64,000 nucleotides of DNA from Acholeplasmataceae bacterium (lineage in GTDB: Bacteria; Bacillota_I; Bacilli_A; Acholeplasmatales; Acholeplasmataceae). The first letter of the stretch is position 1. Each line of letters starts with the position of its first letter. Below the pieces are notes generated by a model. That model saw only the letters and a program-made list of their open reading frames with translations. It was not told the origin of the DNA and did not search any database. Location of the stretch: contig OY763415.1 of NCBI GenBank assembly GCA_963667565.1, positions 736,001 through 800,000 on the forward strand, given 5' to 3'. Position numbers and translations under genes: made by a program. Below are positions 10,428 to 21,400 of this stretch, piece by piece.

Positions 10428-11713
10428 TACCATTGCTCCATAACATGTAAATCTTCTGGGCCAAACATTAAATCGACTTCCGTATTTAATGCTTGGTAAT
10501 CCGTCGTATGAATGGTATATATTCTATCTTTAGTCTTCACATCAATTTCATAATGCACGCCTTTAAAAGCGACACTATCAACGATACCTGTAAGTTTGCC
10601 TTCACCTTTTTTTACAATATCAATATCCTCAGGTCTTATGACGATATCAACAGTTTCATTTCTTGAAAAACCTTTATCAACACAATCATATGTTTGCCCA
10701 TCAAAGCTTACGAGTAAATCATCAATCATTGTTCCTTCAATGATATTTGATTCACCAATAAAATTTGCTACAAAACGGTTAATAGGTTCATTATATATAT
10801 CTTCAGGTGTTCCAATTTGATAAATCTCACCTTGATTCATGACAACAATTTTATCACTCATTGTGAGTGCTTCTTCTTGATCATGAGTAACAAATATAAA
10901 TGTGATACCTGAAGATCTTTGAATCTCTTTTAATTCATATTGCATCTCTTGTCTTAATTTTAAATCAAGAGCAGCAAGTGGTTCATCTAAAAGTAATACT
11001 TTTGGTTCATTAATTAACGCACGAGCAATGGCAACCCTTTGTTGTTGTCCACCTGATAATTTATGAACAGGTCTGTTTTCATAACCCTCTAAACCTACCA
11101 TTTTTAAATATTTTTTTACTTTTTCAGTGATTTCTTTTTCTCTAGAACGTTTTGTTATAAATTTTGATTCTAATACTTGTATTTTTTCTTGAACTTCAGT
11201 ATTATTTGTTTCATTTAAGCTCAATTTTAAAGATTCAATTTCTTTCTTTAAAGCACTATTTGGGTCTTTTAATTCTTTAATCAGTTCTTGTTGTTCTTTT
11301 TTTAAACTTTTGATTTCAACAGAATCTCTTGTTGCTTTTATTTTTTCTTGATATGTTCTTTGAACTTTTCTAATTTCTTCCATTGTCTTAAGTGATTCAT
11401 TTTTAACTCTTAATCCAAAAGCAACATTCTCAAATACATCTAAATGAGGAAAAAGCGCATAACGTTGAAAAACTGTATTTGTTGGTCTGCGATGTGCTGG
11501 TGTTTCTAAAATAGAATTCCCATCAAATAAGACTTCACCTGCACTTGGTTCAACAAAACCACCTATAATTCTAAGTGTAGTCGTTTTACCACACCCTGAA
11601 GGTCCAAGTAATGTTACAAACTCATTTTGATGAATTTCTAAGTCGATACCTCTTAAAACGACTTGTCCATTAAATTCTTTAGTTACATCTTTTAGTTCTA
11701 TGAGCGCTGCCAT
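10427..11713 (-). CDS. potA: Polyamine ABC transporter ATP-binding protein with charged coiled-coil insertion
   Basis: [22 protein letters not shown]; start MAALIEL at 11713 after GGAGG. Confidence 0.93.
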   Translation of the reverse strand: MAALIELKDVTKEFNGQVVLRGIDLEIHQNEFVTLLGPSGCGKTTTLRIIGGFVEPSAGEVLFDGNSILETPAHRRPTNTVFQRYALFPHLDVFENVAFGLRVKNESLKTMEEIRKVQRTYQEKIKATRDSVEIKSLKKEQQELIKELKDPNSALKKEIESLKLSLNETNNTEVQEKIQVLESKFITKRSREKEITEKVKKYLKMVGLEGYENRPVHKLSGGQQQRVAIARALINEPKVLLLDEPLAALDLKLRQEMQYELKEIQRSSGITFIFVTHDQEEALTMSDKIVVMNQGEIYQIGTPEDIYNEPINRFVANFIGESNIIEGTMIDDLLVSFDGQTYDCVDKGFSRNETVDIVIRPEDIDIVKKGEGKLTGIVDSVAFKGVHYEIDVKTKDRIYTIHTTDYQALNTEVDLMFGPEDLHVMEQW

Positions 11714-11821
11714 ACGTTCCTCCTTAGTGTTTACTCCGATTAAACGGATATGTTTCATACGGTTTTATAAGTTTAGTAATAATAAACCATTAGTTAAACT
11801 ATCGTAAACCGAACCACACTT

Positions 11822-11849
11822 ATTATATTACATAATAAAGATATGTCAA
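11822..11849 (-). promoter_or_regulatory. Sigma70-type promoter of pot operon
   Basis: TTGACA-16nt-TATAAT on the minus strand. Confidence 0.7.
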
Positions 11850-11955
11850 CATTAAAACTTTAAAAAATAAATATGCATGAAAAACAGTTTTTAAAGACGA
11901 TATGATATAATTAAAATATATTAATTTTTTAACCACATCATAGAGGACTGATTTT

Positions 11956-12432
11956 ATGCTTAACTTATCTCTTCAAATGCTAAAAACAAAAAAATATATG
12001 ATTCAATTTATATTGTTTTTATCCTTTTTTATTCTCATTTATTTTATTATTGATCATCTTAACATGACATATCAAGAGATGGCTACTTCTTATGGGGTTT
12101 ATCTTGTCATCATCAATATCATTCTAAATTTAGTTATGTCCGTCTTAAGTGCATTTTTAATGCATATGAGTACATCAATGGTCGAACTAAAAGGCAAAGA
12201 AGGCAAAGGTTCATCATTAGGATTTTTATCAATTCTATTTGGTATACTAACTTATGGTTGTACATCTTGTGTAATAGCATTTTTTGCTAGTATAGGCATT
12301 GCATTTTCTGTGATTGCACTTCCATTAGCAGGTCTTCCATATAAATTTATTTCACTTATTTTAATTATTATTGGTTTATTTGTTATTAGATATCAATTAG
12401 AACATGGGAAATGTAGAGTTAAATTAGATTAA
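11956..12432 (+). CDS. Hypothetical 4-TM membrane protein with intramembrane CxxC
   Basis: Hydrophobic; GCTSC motif; RBS AGAGGA; followed by terminator. Confidence 0.7.
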   Translation: MLNLSLQMLKTKKYMIQFILFLSFFILIYFIIDHLNMTYQEMATSYGVYLVIINIILNLVMSVLSAFLMHMSTSMVELKGKEGKGSSLGFLSILFGILTYGCTSCVIAFFASIGIAFSVIALPLAGLPYKFISLILIIIGLFVIRYQLEHGKCRVKLD

Positions 12433-12450
12433 GGCTTCGGCCTTTTTTTT
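12431..12450 (+). terminator. Intrinsic terminator
   Basis: aaggc-ttcg-gcctt then T tract. Confidence 0.8.
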
Positions 12451-12451
12451 A

Positions 12452-12501
12452 TTGACTTTTTTATAGAATAAGCATAAAATATAAATATGACAAGGTTGTC
12501 A
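12452..12501 (+). promoter_or_regulatory. Promoter plus palindromic TetR-type operator
   Basis: TTGACT(12452)-17nt-TAAAAT(12475); TGACAA-gg-TTGTCA at 12488-12501 just before the tetR RBS. Confidence 0.7.
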
Positions 12502-12515
12502 CATGAGGTGATCAA

Positions 12516-13130
12516 ATGGCAAAAGATACGTTTCTTAATTTAGAACAGACAAAAAAGCAGAAAATTATTGAAGCTGCTATTTTAGAATTTTCAAGGACAA
12601 TTCCTGATCACATAAATATTCAAAACATTATTAGAGATGCACAGATTCCAAGAGGCAGTTTCTATCAATATTTTGATAATAAAGAAGATTTGTATCTATT
12701 TATACTCTTATATATAGGTGAGCAAAAACAAAACTTTTTCCTAAACCATATATTAAATACTGACCAACCATTTCTATCATATTTAAAAGATCTATATGCT
12801 CTTTCATATCAGTTCATGATAGAAAACCCTATGTATTATAAAGCTGGAAAAAACATGATGAGTTTTAAGTATTTTGAACAATTTGAAATGCTTAAAAACT
12901 CTAAAGATCAAGCCAATCAATATTACGAAGCACTCATTAAACGCGACCAAGAAAATGGACTCATTGATCCATCCATTGATCCAAAATTACTATCTAGTCT
13001 TACAATTGATTTTATGGATATGAATAAACTAGATACATATTATGAAGCAGGTATGTCAATCGAAGATTTTAATATAAGAATAGATAAAATCATGATGATT
13101 TTAAAGAAAGGAATCGAAAACTATGTTTAA
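12516..13130 (+). CDS. TetR/AcrR family transcriptional regulator
   Basis: II.AA..EF, IPRGSFYQYFDNKEDLY HTH. Confidence 0.92.
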   Translation: MAKDTFLNLEQTKKQKIIEAAILEFSRTIPDHINIQNIIRDAQIPRGSFYQYFDNKEDLYLFILLYIGEQKQNFFLNHILNTDQPFLSYLKDLYALSYQFMIENPMYYKAGKNMMSFKYFEQFEMLKNSKDQANQYYEALIKRDQENGLIDPSIDPKLLSSLTIDFMDMNKLDTYYEAGMSIEDFNIRIDKIMMILKKGIENYV

Positions 13131-13980
13131 AGTGACAGATTTACATTTTAAGTATCCAAAGAACGAGAAAGAAACGATTCAAGGTATTTCATTTGAAATT
13201 AAAAAAGGTGAAATTTTTGGCTTCTTAGGGCCATCTGGTGCAGGAAAATCAACGACTCAAAAAATTCTGATCAAATTACTAGATCAATATCAAGGCCAGA
13301 TTGAATATGATGAAAAAGACATCCAATCACTAGGTTTCGATTTTTATGAATCCATTGGTGTGAGTTTTGAAATGCCTATTCATTTTTCAAAAATGACTGC
13401 TTATGAGAACATCAAATTTTTCTTAGGACTTTATAAAAAAAATGCGGATGTTGAAACACTCATGAAACAAGTAGGACTTTGGGAAGATAAGGATAAACTC
13501 GTCAGCGAATATTCTAAAGGCATGAAGATCAGACTTAATTTTGTTCGCGCAATGTTAAACAATCCTGAAATGTTATTTTTAGATGAACCAACAAATGGAT
13601 TAGATCCTGCAAATGCGATGATTTTAAAAGATATGATCAGAGCATTTAGAGATCAAGGTGGTACAGTATTTATCACAAGCCATATCATGAGTGATATTGA
13701 TCAAATTTGTGATAGAGTTGCATTTATCGTTGATGGACAAATTAAAGAATTAGATAGTCCTAGAAATTTAAAACTTAAATATGGCACACGTAAATTAAGT
13801 GTTGAATACCAAGAAAATGGTAAACTTGAACATATTGAATTTGAATTAGATCACATTGGTAGAAATGAAAAATTTTTAAAACTCATACAAGAAAAAAACG
13901 TTGAAACCATTCATAGTGGTGAAACTACACTAGAAGAAATATTTATTAAAGTCACAGGTGTAGGTTTAAATCATGCGTAA
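13123..13980 (+). CDS. ABC-2 type exporter ATP-binding protein
   Basis: GPSGAGKST, YSKGM, FLDEP. Confidence 0.92.
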   Translation: MFKVTDLHFKYPKNEKETIQGISFEIKKGEIFGFLGPSGAGKSTTQKILIKLLDQYQGQIEYDEKDIQSLGFDFYESIGVSFEMPIHFSKMTAYENIKFFLGLYKKNADVETLMKQVGLWEDKDKLVSEYSKGMKIRLNFVRAMLNNPEMLFLDEPTNGLDPANAMILKDMIRAFRDQGGTVFITSHIMSDIDQICDRVAFIVDGQIKELDSPRNLKLKYGTRKLSVEYQENGKLEHIEFELDHIGRNEKFLKLIQEKNVETIHSGETTLEEIFIKVTGVGLNHA

Positions 13981-14707
13981 ATTTAATCAACTTCTTAAAG
14001 GTGAACTTCAAAGACTGATTAAGTACAAAGTACTTCCAGTAAGTTTATTTGTAGCAGTCATTTGGTTTTTATTTCTTGTATTTATTGAAAATGATGCAAT
14101 TTTCAGTTCATTATTACCAATGATCATTATACTAGACACAACATTAATGAGTATTTTATATACAGGTGCTACACTCTTCTTTGAAAAGTCAGAATCTACT
14201 GCTTCTACACTTTTAGTGACACCTGTAAGCTATCAATCACTGATATTATCTAAAACATTAGCAGGGATCATTCAGACTCTTTTTTCAACTGGACTCATCA
14301 TCATTGCTTTCTATGTTGTTAAAGGGATTGAAATCAATTTATTAATTTTAATTTATACATTAATATTCTCTACTTTATTTCATATACTTTTAGGTTTTAT
14401 AGCGACTTATATGACAAAAGACTTTACTTCATTATTAGTCGTTACAATGATTTATTCGCTAGCGATGATGATACCTACTATTTTAAATGAATTAAATGTA
14501 GCTTTAACAGGTGAGTTTTGGAACTACTTCTTGTTATTAACACCAACAAAGGTATCTATCGTATTAGCTGCCGCTTCATTTGGTGGTAGTATAACGTCTG
14601 AGTTTTATATTTCAATGATTTATTTATTCATTGGATCTTATTTACTATATCAATTTGTCGTATTACCTCACTTTAAAAACTATGTATTAAAACAAGGAGG
14701 TATTTAA
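13973..14707 (+). CDS. ABC-2 exporter permease (fluoroquinolone-export-like)
   Basis: 6 TM; FFEK...LLVTP motif. Confidence 0.8.
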   Translation: MRKFNQLLKGELQRLIKYKVLPVSLFVAVIWFLFLVFIENDAIFSSLLPMIIILDTTLMSILYTGATLFFEKSESTASTLLVTPVSYQSLILSKTLAGIIQTLFSTGLIIIAFYVVKGIEINLLILIYTLIFSTLFHILLGFIATYMTKDFTSLLVVTMIYSLAMMIPTILNELNVALTGEFWNYFLLLTPTKVSIVLAAASFGGSITSEFYISMIYLFIGSYLLYQFVVLPHFKNYVLKQGGI

Positions 14708-14708
14708 T

Positions 14709-15425
14709 ATGATTAAACGTATTTTTAAACACGAATTAAACAATCTAACAAGAGATCCTATGTATATCTTCTTTGCATTATTTCCATTTATATTTGCACT
14801 TATTTCTGTTTATTTAATGCCTTATTTAAAAAATAATGCACCCTTGGTAGCATACCAAATGGTATTTATTGTATTCCTTCTTATGAACGGGTTGATCTAT
14901 GGAGCAGTAACAGGATTTACATTACTTGATGATCAAGATGATCATGTGCTTCTAAGTTTAAGAATCACTCCAATTTCTGTAAGATACTATATTTTATTAA
15001 AACTTATTTTTAGTTATCTCATCGGTATTTTAGGAACTGTAGTCCTCATCTTTGCAAGTGGTTTTTATAAAGAAATATCAGCATCAATATTTATCATGAT
15101 TGCTTTAATAGGCCCACTTCAAGCACCAATGCTTGCATTGATTGTTAATTTGTTTGCCTCAAATAAAGTTGAAGGATTTGTTGCAATGAAATCAAGTGGA
15201 CTTATTTTGATTGGTCCAATCGCTTCAGTCTTTCTAACGAATTGGACTGAATTACTTGTTGGCGTGCTCCCTGGTTTTTGGTCGACAAAACTTATATATA
15301 GTCAACTTCCAAATACACAGACTTATCTGAATGAACCTTGGCTATATTTTGCTATTGGGATGATAGTTCACTTCATTGTCATTTGGATTGTCTTTAAACT
15401 CTATTGTAAAAAACAGCATATTTAA
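14709..15425 (+). CDS. ABC-2 exporter permease
   Basis: 6 TM; LLDD.D...LRITP, ASNKVEG. Confidence 0.8.
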   Translation: MIKRIFKHELNNLTRDPMYIFFALFPFIFALISVYLMPYLKNNAPLVAYQMVFIVFLLMNGLIYGAVTGFTLLDDQDDHVLLSLRITPISVRYYILLKLIFSYLIGILGTVVLIFASGFYKEISASIFIMIALIGPLQAPMLALIVNLFASNKVEGFVAMKSSGLILIGPIASVFLTNWTELLVGVLPGFWSTKLIYSQLPNTQTYLNEPWLYFAIGMIVHFIVIWIVFKLYCKKQHI

Positions 15426-15428
15426 ATT

Positions 15429-15463
15429 AAAAAGCTCAAACATCAAAGTTTGAGCCTTTTTTT
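15429..15463. terminator. Bidirectional terminator ending the fibre operon and the ABC operon
   Basis: gctcaaac..gtttgagc hairpin with A tract before and T tract after. Confidence 0.75.
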
Positions 15464-18400
15464 AACTATAAATTTGCCATGCCCAAGTCGTGATATCAGG
15501 TTGATAACCTTTATTCCAACTTGCTGTTGATATATAATATGTCCCATTGTATAAAACAATGTCACCTGTTGTATATAAATTGTAGCTTAACCAGTTTTCA
15601 CTTACTTCATTCCATGAGTCACCTAATCCTGAAATTGGATTATTGTAACTTGCATAGGATGCAAGCGCAACATAATATCTATCTATATAATAAACAATAT
15701 CTCCAATCTCATAAGTAGATACTGATGAGTATATACCGCTTGCATCTTGTAATCCTTGCCATGCACCAGTGCCTGGAGGATTATTAGAATCATATGTATA
15801 ACTACTACTGATGACAATCCAAGTTGTACCATCATATGTGAATCTGTCACCATCAGTATAAGTGTGATTGATGTCTAGTGGTTCTGCAGGTGCTTCATAA
15901 TAAAACAATGCTTGATATCCCCAAGAAGGAGAATTTGGTGTTTCCTCAATAATATGAATAGTTACATAATATCTTCTTGGAATTCTTGAACTCTCAAGAT
16001 AGACTAAATCTTGAATATAAGACTGTTCAAATTCAACTTCGAAACTATATCCCTCAGGTAAATCAACATATACGACGTAAAAACCATACATCGATGTTTC
16101 AAATTGATTGTTATCATATGAATCACTTGATTGGTTGTAGTAAGAGAATAGACCCATAGAGACTAAAATATCATCATATTGCATTTCACCTTGGAAGTCG
16201 CTCGCATATTGATATATATTGACTTTAACAAATACTTGTTCAATTAAATCTTGCGTATCATTTTCAACTGTAATGTCAAATTTGATGTTATTTGTCGCAT
16301 CTTGTACGGCAATATAATAGTCCGTGTAATGTGTTGGATAGTCATTGTAATCTTCTGCATAGATACGATAGTGAATATAGTTAAGTGACTCACCTGTACC
16401 AAAATCAGTAAAATCTGCAGATAGATTTGTTGATTGATATGTATAATCAATGTTTGCTTCATCTGTAACTCTATATATAGATGATCCATCAGGAATATAG
16501 AATGTAGGCATATATGCGGTCAAATCAGTTTCTTGAACTTGTCCAATAATCCAGTAAGATTGATAAGATTCATAAGTTCCATAGTCAATACCTGATGTTG
16601 GTAGTACTGAGATAATTCGAGATGTTGGATTTTCTTCATCAAAATATGCTAAATATTCTGTTGGAGTTACTTCATCGATATCAATGATGGTAACAAATGC
16701 ATCTAATACTTCATCAAAGACTGAATCACTCGCAAATAAAACATTCTTTAAATGTGAATTATCATTTCTTAGTTTAGTCACTTGAAGCTCATTAAATGTA
16801 TAGTGCCATGTAAGTGTTTGACCATTAACACTTGCAACTTGATCATAACTTAATTGATAGAAATAACTACCTTTAGCAGTGCTTTGATTTAAATCAATTT
16901 CATAACCAATATCACTGATTGGATTTGTAAAATAATCAATACCTTCTAGCGCATCTTCACCTGCAACAAGTGGTGTAAATGATGAGTCAATTGTTAAAAT
17001 ATCTTCAGTCGCAAAATATGTATTTAAAAAATCATATTCAACTCTGATTGTTGGACTTTCTTGATATAAAACATTGACATTTGTAACAGGCAAGCTTAAC
17101 GATCCACCGTTTTTATAAACTGCACTTGGATTTTGACTTAATGCACTTTCAATAATATAGTGATTAAATACATTTGTAGAGCCATTTTCTGCCGTTAAAT
17201 GATAAGCAATTGTATATTGATGACGATACCCGTCAACAAGTGAAACAGCAAAAGTGACATAACTAATTTCTGCAAAATTAGAGATCACAAGACCATCTAA
17301 ATAACTTGGAAGTTCATTTGCAACTTCATCATAATAAACATGAGAAATCGATGATAAATTTGTGAAATTAACAACATGAGTTGCTGCTTGTTCACTCAAA
17401 TAATACATACCGTAATCAATATAAGATGTATATGAATTTGATGAAATATCTATGACTTCATCTTGATATGTCATCTGCAAAACATCAGCATTTGCACTTT
17501 CTTGTTTTGAGAAATGAATTCTAAAGATTTCACCCGAAAGCAATGTTAGTTCAATATAATAATCACCACTAGCAAAATCTTCATTAGCTTCAAAAACAAC
17601 TGTTGCTTCTCCATATCCCCACTGACCTGTATCATTGTTAAAATCATTAAGTGTAATGACTTCTCCTTGTGAAAGTTTATATAAAGATGTATAGACTTTA
17701 ACGCCAGTGTTATTATCAAAGACTTCAATATATGGAAGTAATTGAAATTGATTTGAAACATTATAAGTTTCATATGAAATTCTGATGATGCCATTTTGTC
17801 CAGTTGTGTCATAAGATAAATCATTAAGTGCTGTTAAATTATTGACATTGTAATATTGTGGAAGACTTGCAACACCATTAACAAGTAAACTATTGATATC
17901 AGTGATATCTTCATTTGCTGTTCTAATAATTCTTATTTCATAATCCTGATAAGTTGAAGTGTCTGCTTGATTATATTCTTGTGAATAAACTCTTACAGAA
18001 CCATAATGATCTTCAACAGAATCAACATATGTACCTTGACTATCATACATCGAATCATAAACACCATAACTTCTTGGAATAGTGATTAAAGATGTGTCAT
18101 CTGTTCCATTGTATTGAAGTGATGCAGTATCAGAAATCGTATAAGATCCATCTTGGGTATCTGCTTTGAAATAAACACCTGATTCTGGATAGACAAATAC
18201 ACCACTTTGATTGGCTGATAATACATAAGTAACTGGTTCTGTACTAGGCCCTACATATTGATAGAGTGTTGGATAACCTGAAAGTGAGAATGCTTCATAT
18301 GCACCATATCCGTAATTTGCTGTAGTTCTATTGACTCTATAACCTGTAGCATCCCAAAACGTCCACCATAAGAAAGTTGTTTTAACGTGTGGTTCATGTG

Positions 18401-21400
18401 TAAAGACTTGATTTGTCGCATCTACAGCATCCGTAGCCCATGTCAAATCGTAGACAGGTGTATTTCTTGAAGAAGAATCATAAGGTTGTGAATCATAGGT
18501 TGTAAGGTTATATCTACCCGTAGTAGCATATGGACCAATTTCAACCATTTGATCTCCAACTTTTTTATGTGTACCAACCCATGTGTATCCATCAAGTGCA
18601 TTATCACCTGTTAAAAGATTAGCTACTCTTCTTGCTCCAGTAACATATGAGTCTTCAACTTCAATATACCTTGAAACTGTCAATTGTTGATATGACTGTG
18701 ACCCAAGGACTGCAGCATTTGATGGTAGATAATAAGTTAGCATCTTGCGTTCTTGATCGATAACTGGATTTGAAAGTGTTAAACCAGATGCTAATACGTT
18801 ACCATTAACATCTGTTTGTACAATATCTAAATTATATATCGTCGTTGCAAAGCTGACTTTTATTTGGCGCATCTCACTATAGAGTTGATATGCAACAGTT
18901 GATTGTGTTGATGCATCACCAATCCATGAGGTATCTGCAACCGCACTGTCTAAATCGTATGGATCTAATCCTGATAAATCAAAATTGTCAGGAATAAAAA
19001 TACCATTATTAATACCTAAACTAGAAGATAATGCATAGATACCAGGGAAATCATATGTTGTATCTGCTTCAAGTTTATTTAAGATTGAATCGTTAACTTT
19101 AGATGCTGGAATATATTCAATATAATCTTTGATGTATTGATCAGTACCTGCATTTGCAGGTCTAGGTGATCTAAAAGGAAAGAGTTCATAAAACATCCCA
19201 TCATCTGTTTCTGAGACATCATAATATTTAATGACTTGTCCAATATATGATCCTACCCACCCAGAACCTGTATAAAAATAGGTAAATGGCTCTACTGAGT
19301 CATCGCTAGGATTTGTGGTTGCCATGTATTGCACCATGTTAACGAGTACAGTATTTGCATCATCAATACTTCCATTAAATATGGATTGCCAATTTGATGA
19401 TAGGGGTGGTGCACTAGCAAACATATTAATTTTTGCATCAAAATTCAAGAGATATCCAAAGTATATAGAATCAATTGGGTATTGTGTATTACCTGCAAAA
19501 GCCCAAGTACTCGTCCCTGTGTGAATTTTACCTACAACTGCACCGAATGCATATGGCAAAGTTTGCGGTGGAGTTGTAGACATGCTATATGTATACGCAT
19601 GTGTTAATGGATCATAACTTGTGACTTGTCTAATTTTTCCATAGTTAATAAGATTTGAGACATAAACTTCATCTGGATTGATTTTGTCAAATTTAGAATA
19701 ATACATGAATCCAAAAATACCTGCTGCCAAATAACGACTGTAAATATTACCATAGTTAATATTATTTACAACAGATAATATACCTAAACCTAAGATGCCT
19801 GCTGCTTTACTTCTTGTTTCATTTGTGATCGAATAACTTGATTCAGAAGTAAGATTATATGCATATACATCACCGTAGTTAATACTAAACATAATTTTAG
19901 AAAACTGATGATTTGATCCAGTTGATATATCATTACCATTTTCTAATTTATCATTTCTTACTGCAATACCTGCTGCATGTGCATATCCAAGTGTCGAATT
20001 GGATGCAACCTTAATATCACCATTGTTTGCAGCATCTCTTATTTGTGCATATTCAGAAATAAGGGCATAAACAATACCCGCTGCTTCCATTTGGTCATTT
20101 GCTGTTTGTGCATCATTGTAAACTTCAATATTACCTAAGTTAATAGCATTTGTTAAAATACTTTCATTATAAAGTATGATACCAGCAACTTTAACATGAC
20201 CATCAAAATTACCATTCACTAAAATGTTACCAGAATTTAGCATGGTATCAACCGTACCATCAACAGAATTAATATCTATTGATAATGGATCAATTTCTAA
20301 ATCGGTATAGATATCTTGATTTCTATTTGCATATCCCATACCACTTACATATAAGTCATATGCGATATGGTTACCGGCATCTTTTTCGATTGAGATATCT
20401 CCACCTTGATATCCATTTGTGACATAAAATCCTTCTGATGCTTCTAAGAATAAACCGTTAATGTAGAATTTCGCATTTGAAAGTGTACTTGATGTATTAT
20501 GATTCATATAAATTGAAATATCGTTTTCTTGTCTAAGATGGTTCAAACTCAAATGTGTACCATAGACATTAAAAGATAGATAAATGTTTTGGTTTACGAG
20601 TGTTTGTGATGTATAAAAATCAAGATCCCCTGATTGATAGCTTTGCTCAATTGTTAAATTCGTTTGACTAAGTGCTAAGACGTTAGCAGCAAAATAATCA
20701 ATAAAACTTAAATCAAGATTTTGATATGATAAATTAAAAACACCTTTAATTGTTCCGTTTGCTTGATATGTAATTAATCCAAAAGACAAATAAACATCGA
20801 TTTGATTAAGAATAGTTTCTGATAGTGTTGCTTGTGGTGTGAGCGTAATTTCTCCATGATTTGAAATACTTAAGAAATCAATATCATTTTCTTGATCTGT
20901 AACATATCCATATCCAGCAACATAAACATTTGATGGACCAAACATCTTCACATCAATATCACCATTTTGATAAATATAGGAAATACTTTGTGCTAAATCG
21001 TTTTGATATGCTATGATACCACCAACATAAATTTGATCAACTAAGCCAGAGACTTGTGTTAAGATATTTCCAGTATTGATGACTTTATCCATTGACTCTA
21101 TGTTTGCAAATCCAACAACACCTCCATAGTAGGTTGTATTTGTTGGTGTGTTTTGATATGAAAGTCCATGGATATCGATATCACTAATGACATGATCTAA
21201 TGTTAAATGTGTAGCATAGGAAATGATACCAGCAACATAATTTGTTGTCATTCTCTCATTATCATTAACATAAATATTTTCAATATCACCTGTAGCTGTT
21301 GATTGATAAATGCTTGATGAACCATAAGAAATAAGTCCTGATACAAAAAGATTACCCAAACTTTCTTGATCTGCTGTTAAGATCACATCAACATCAACAT

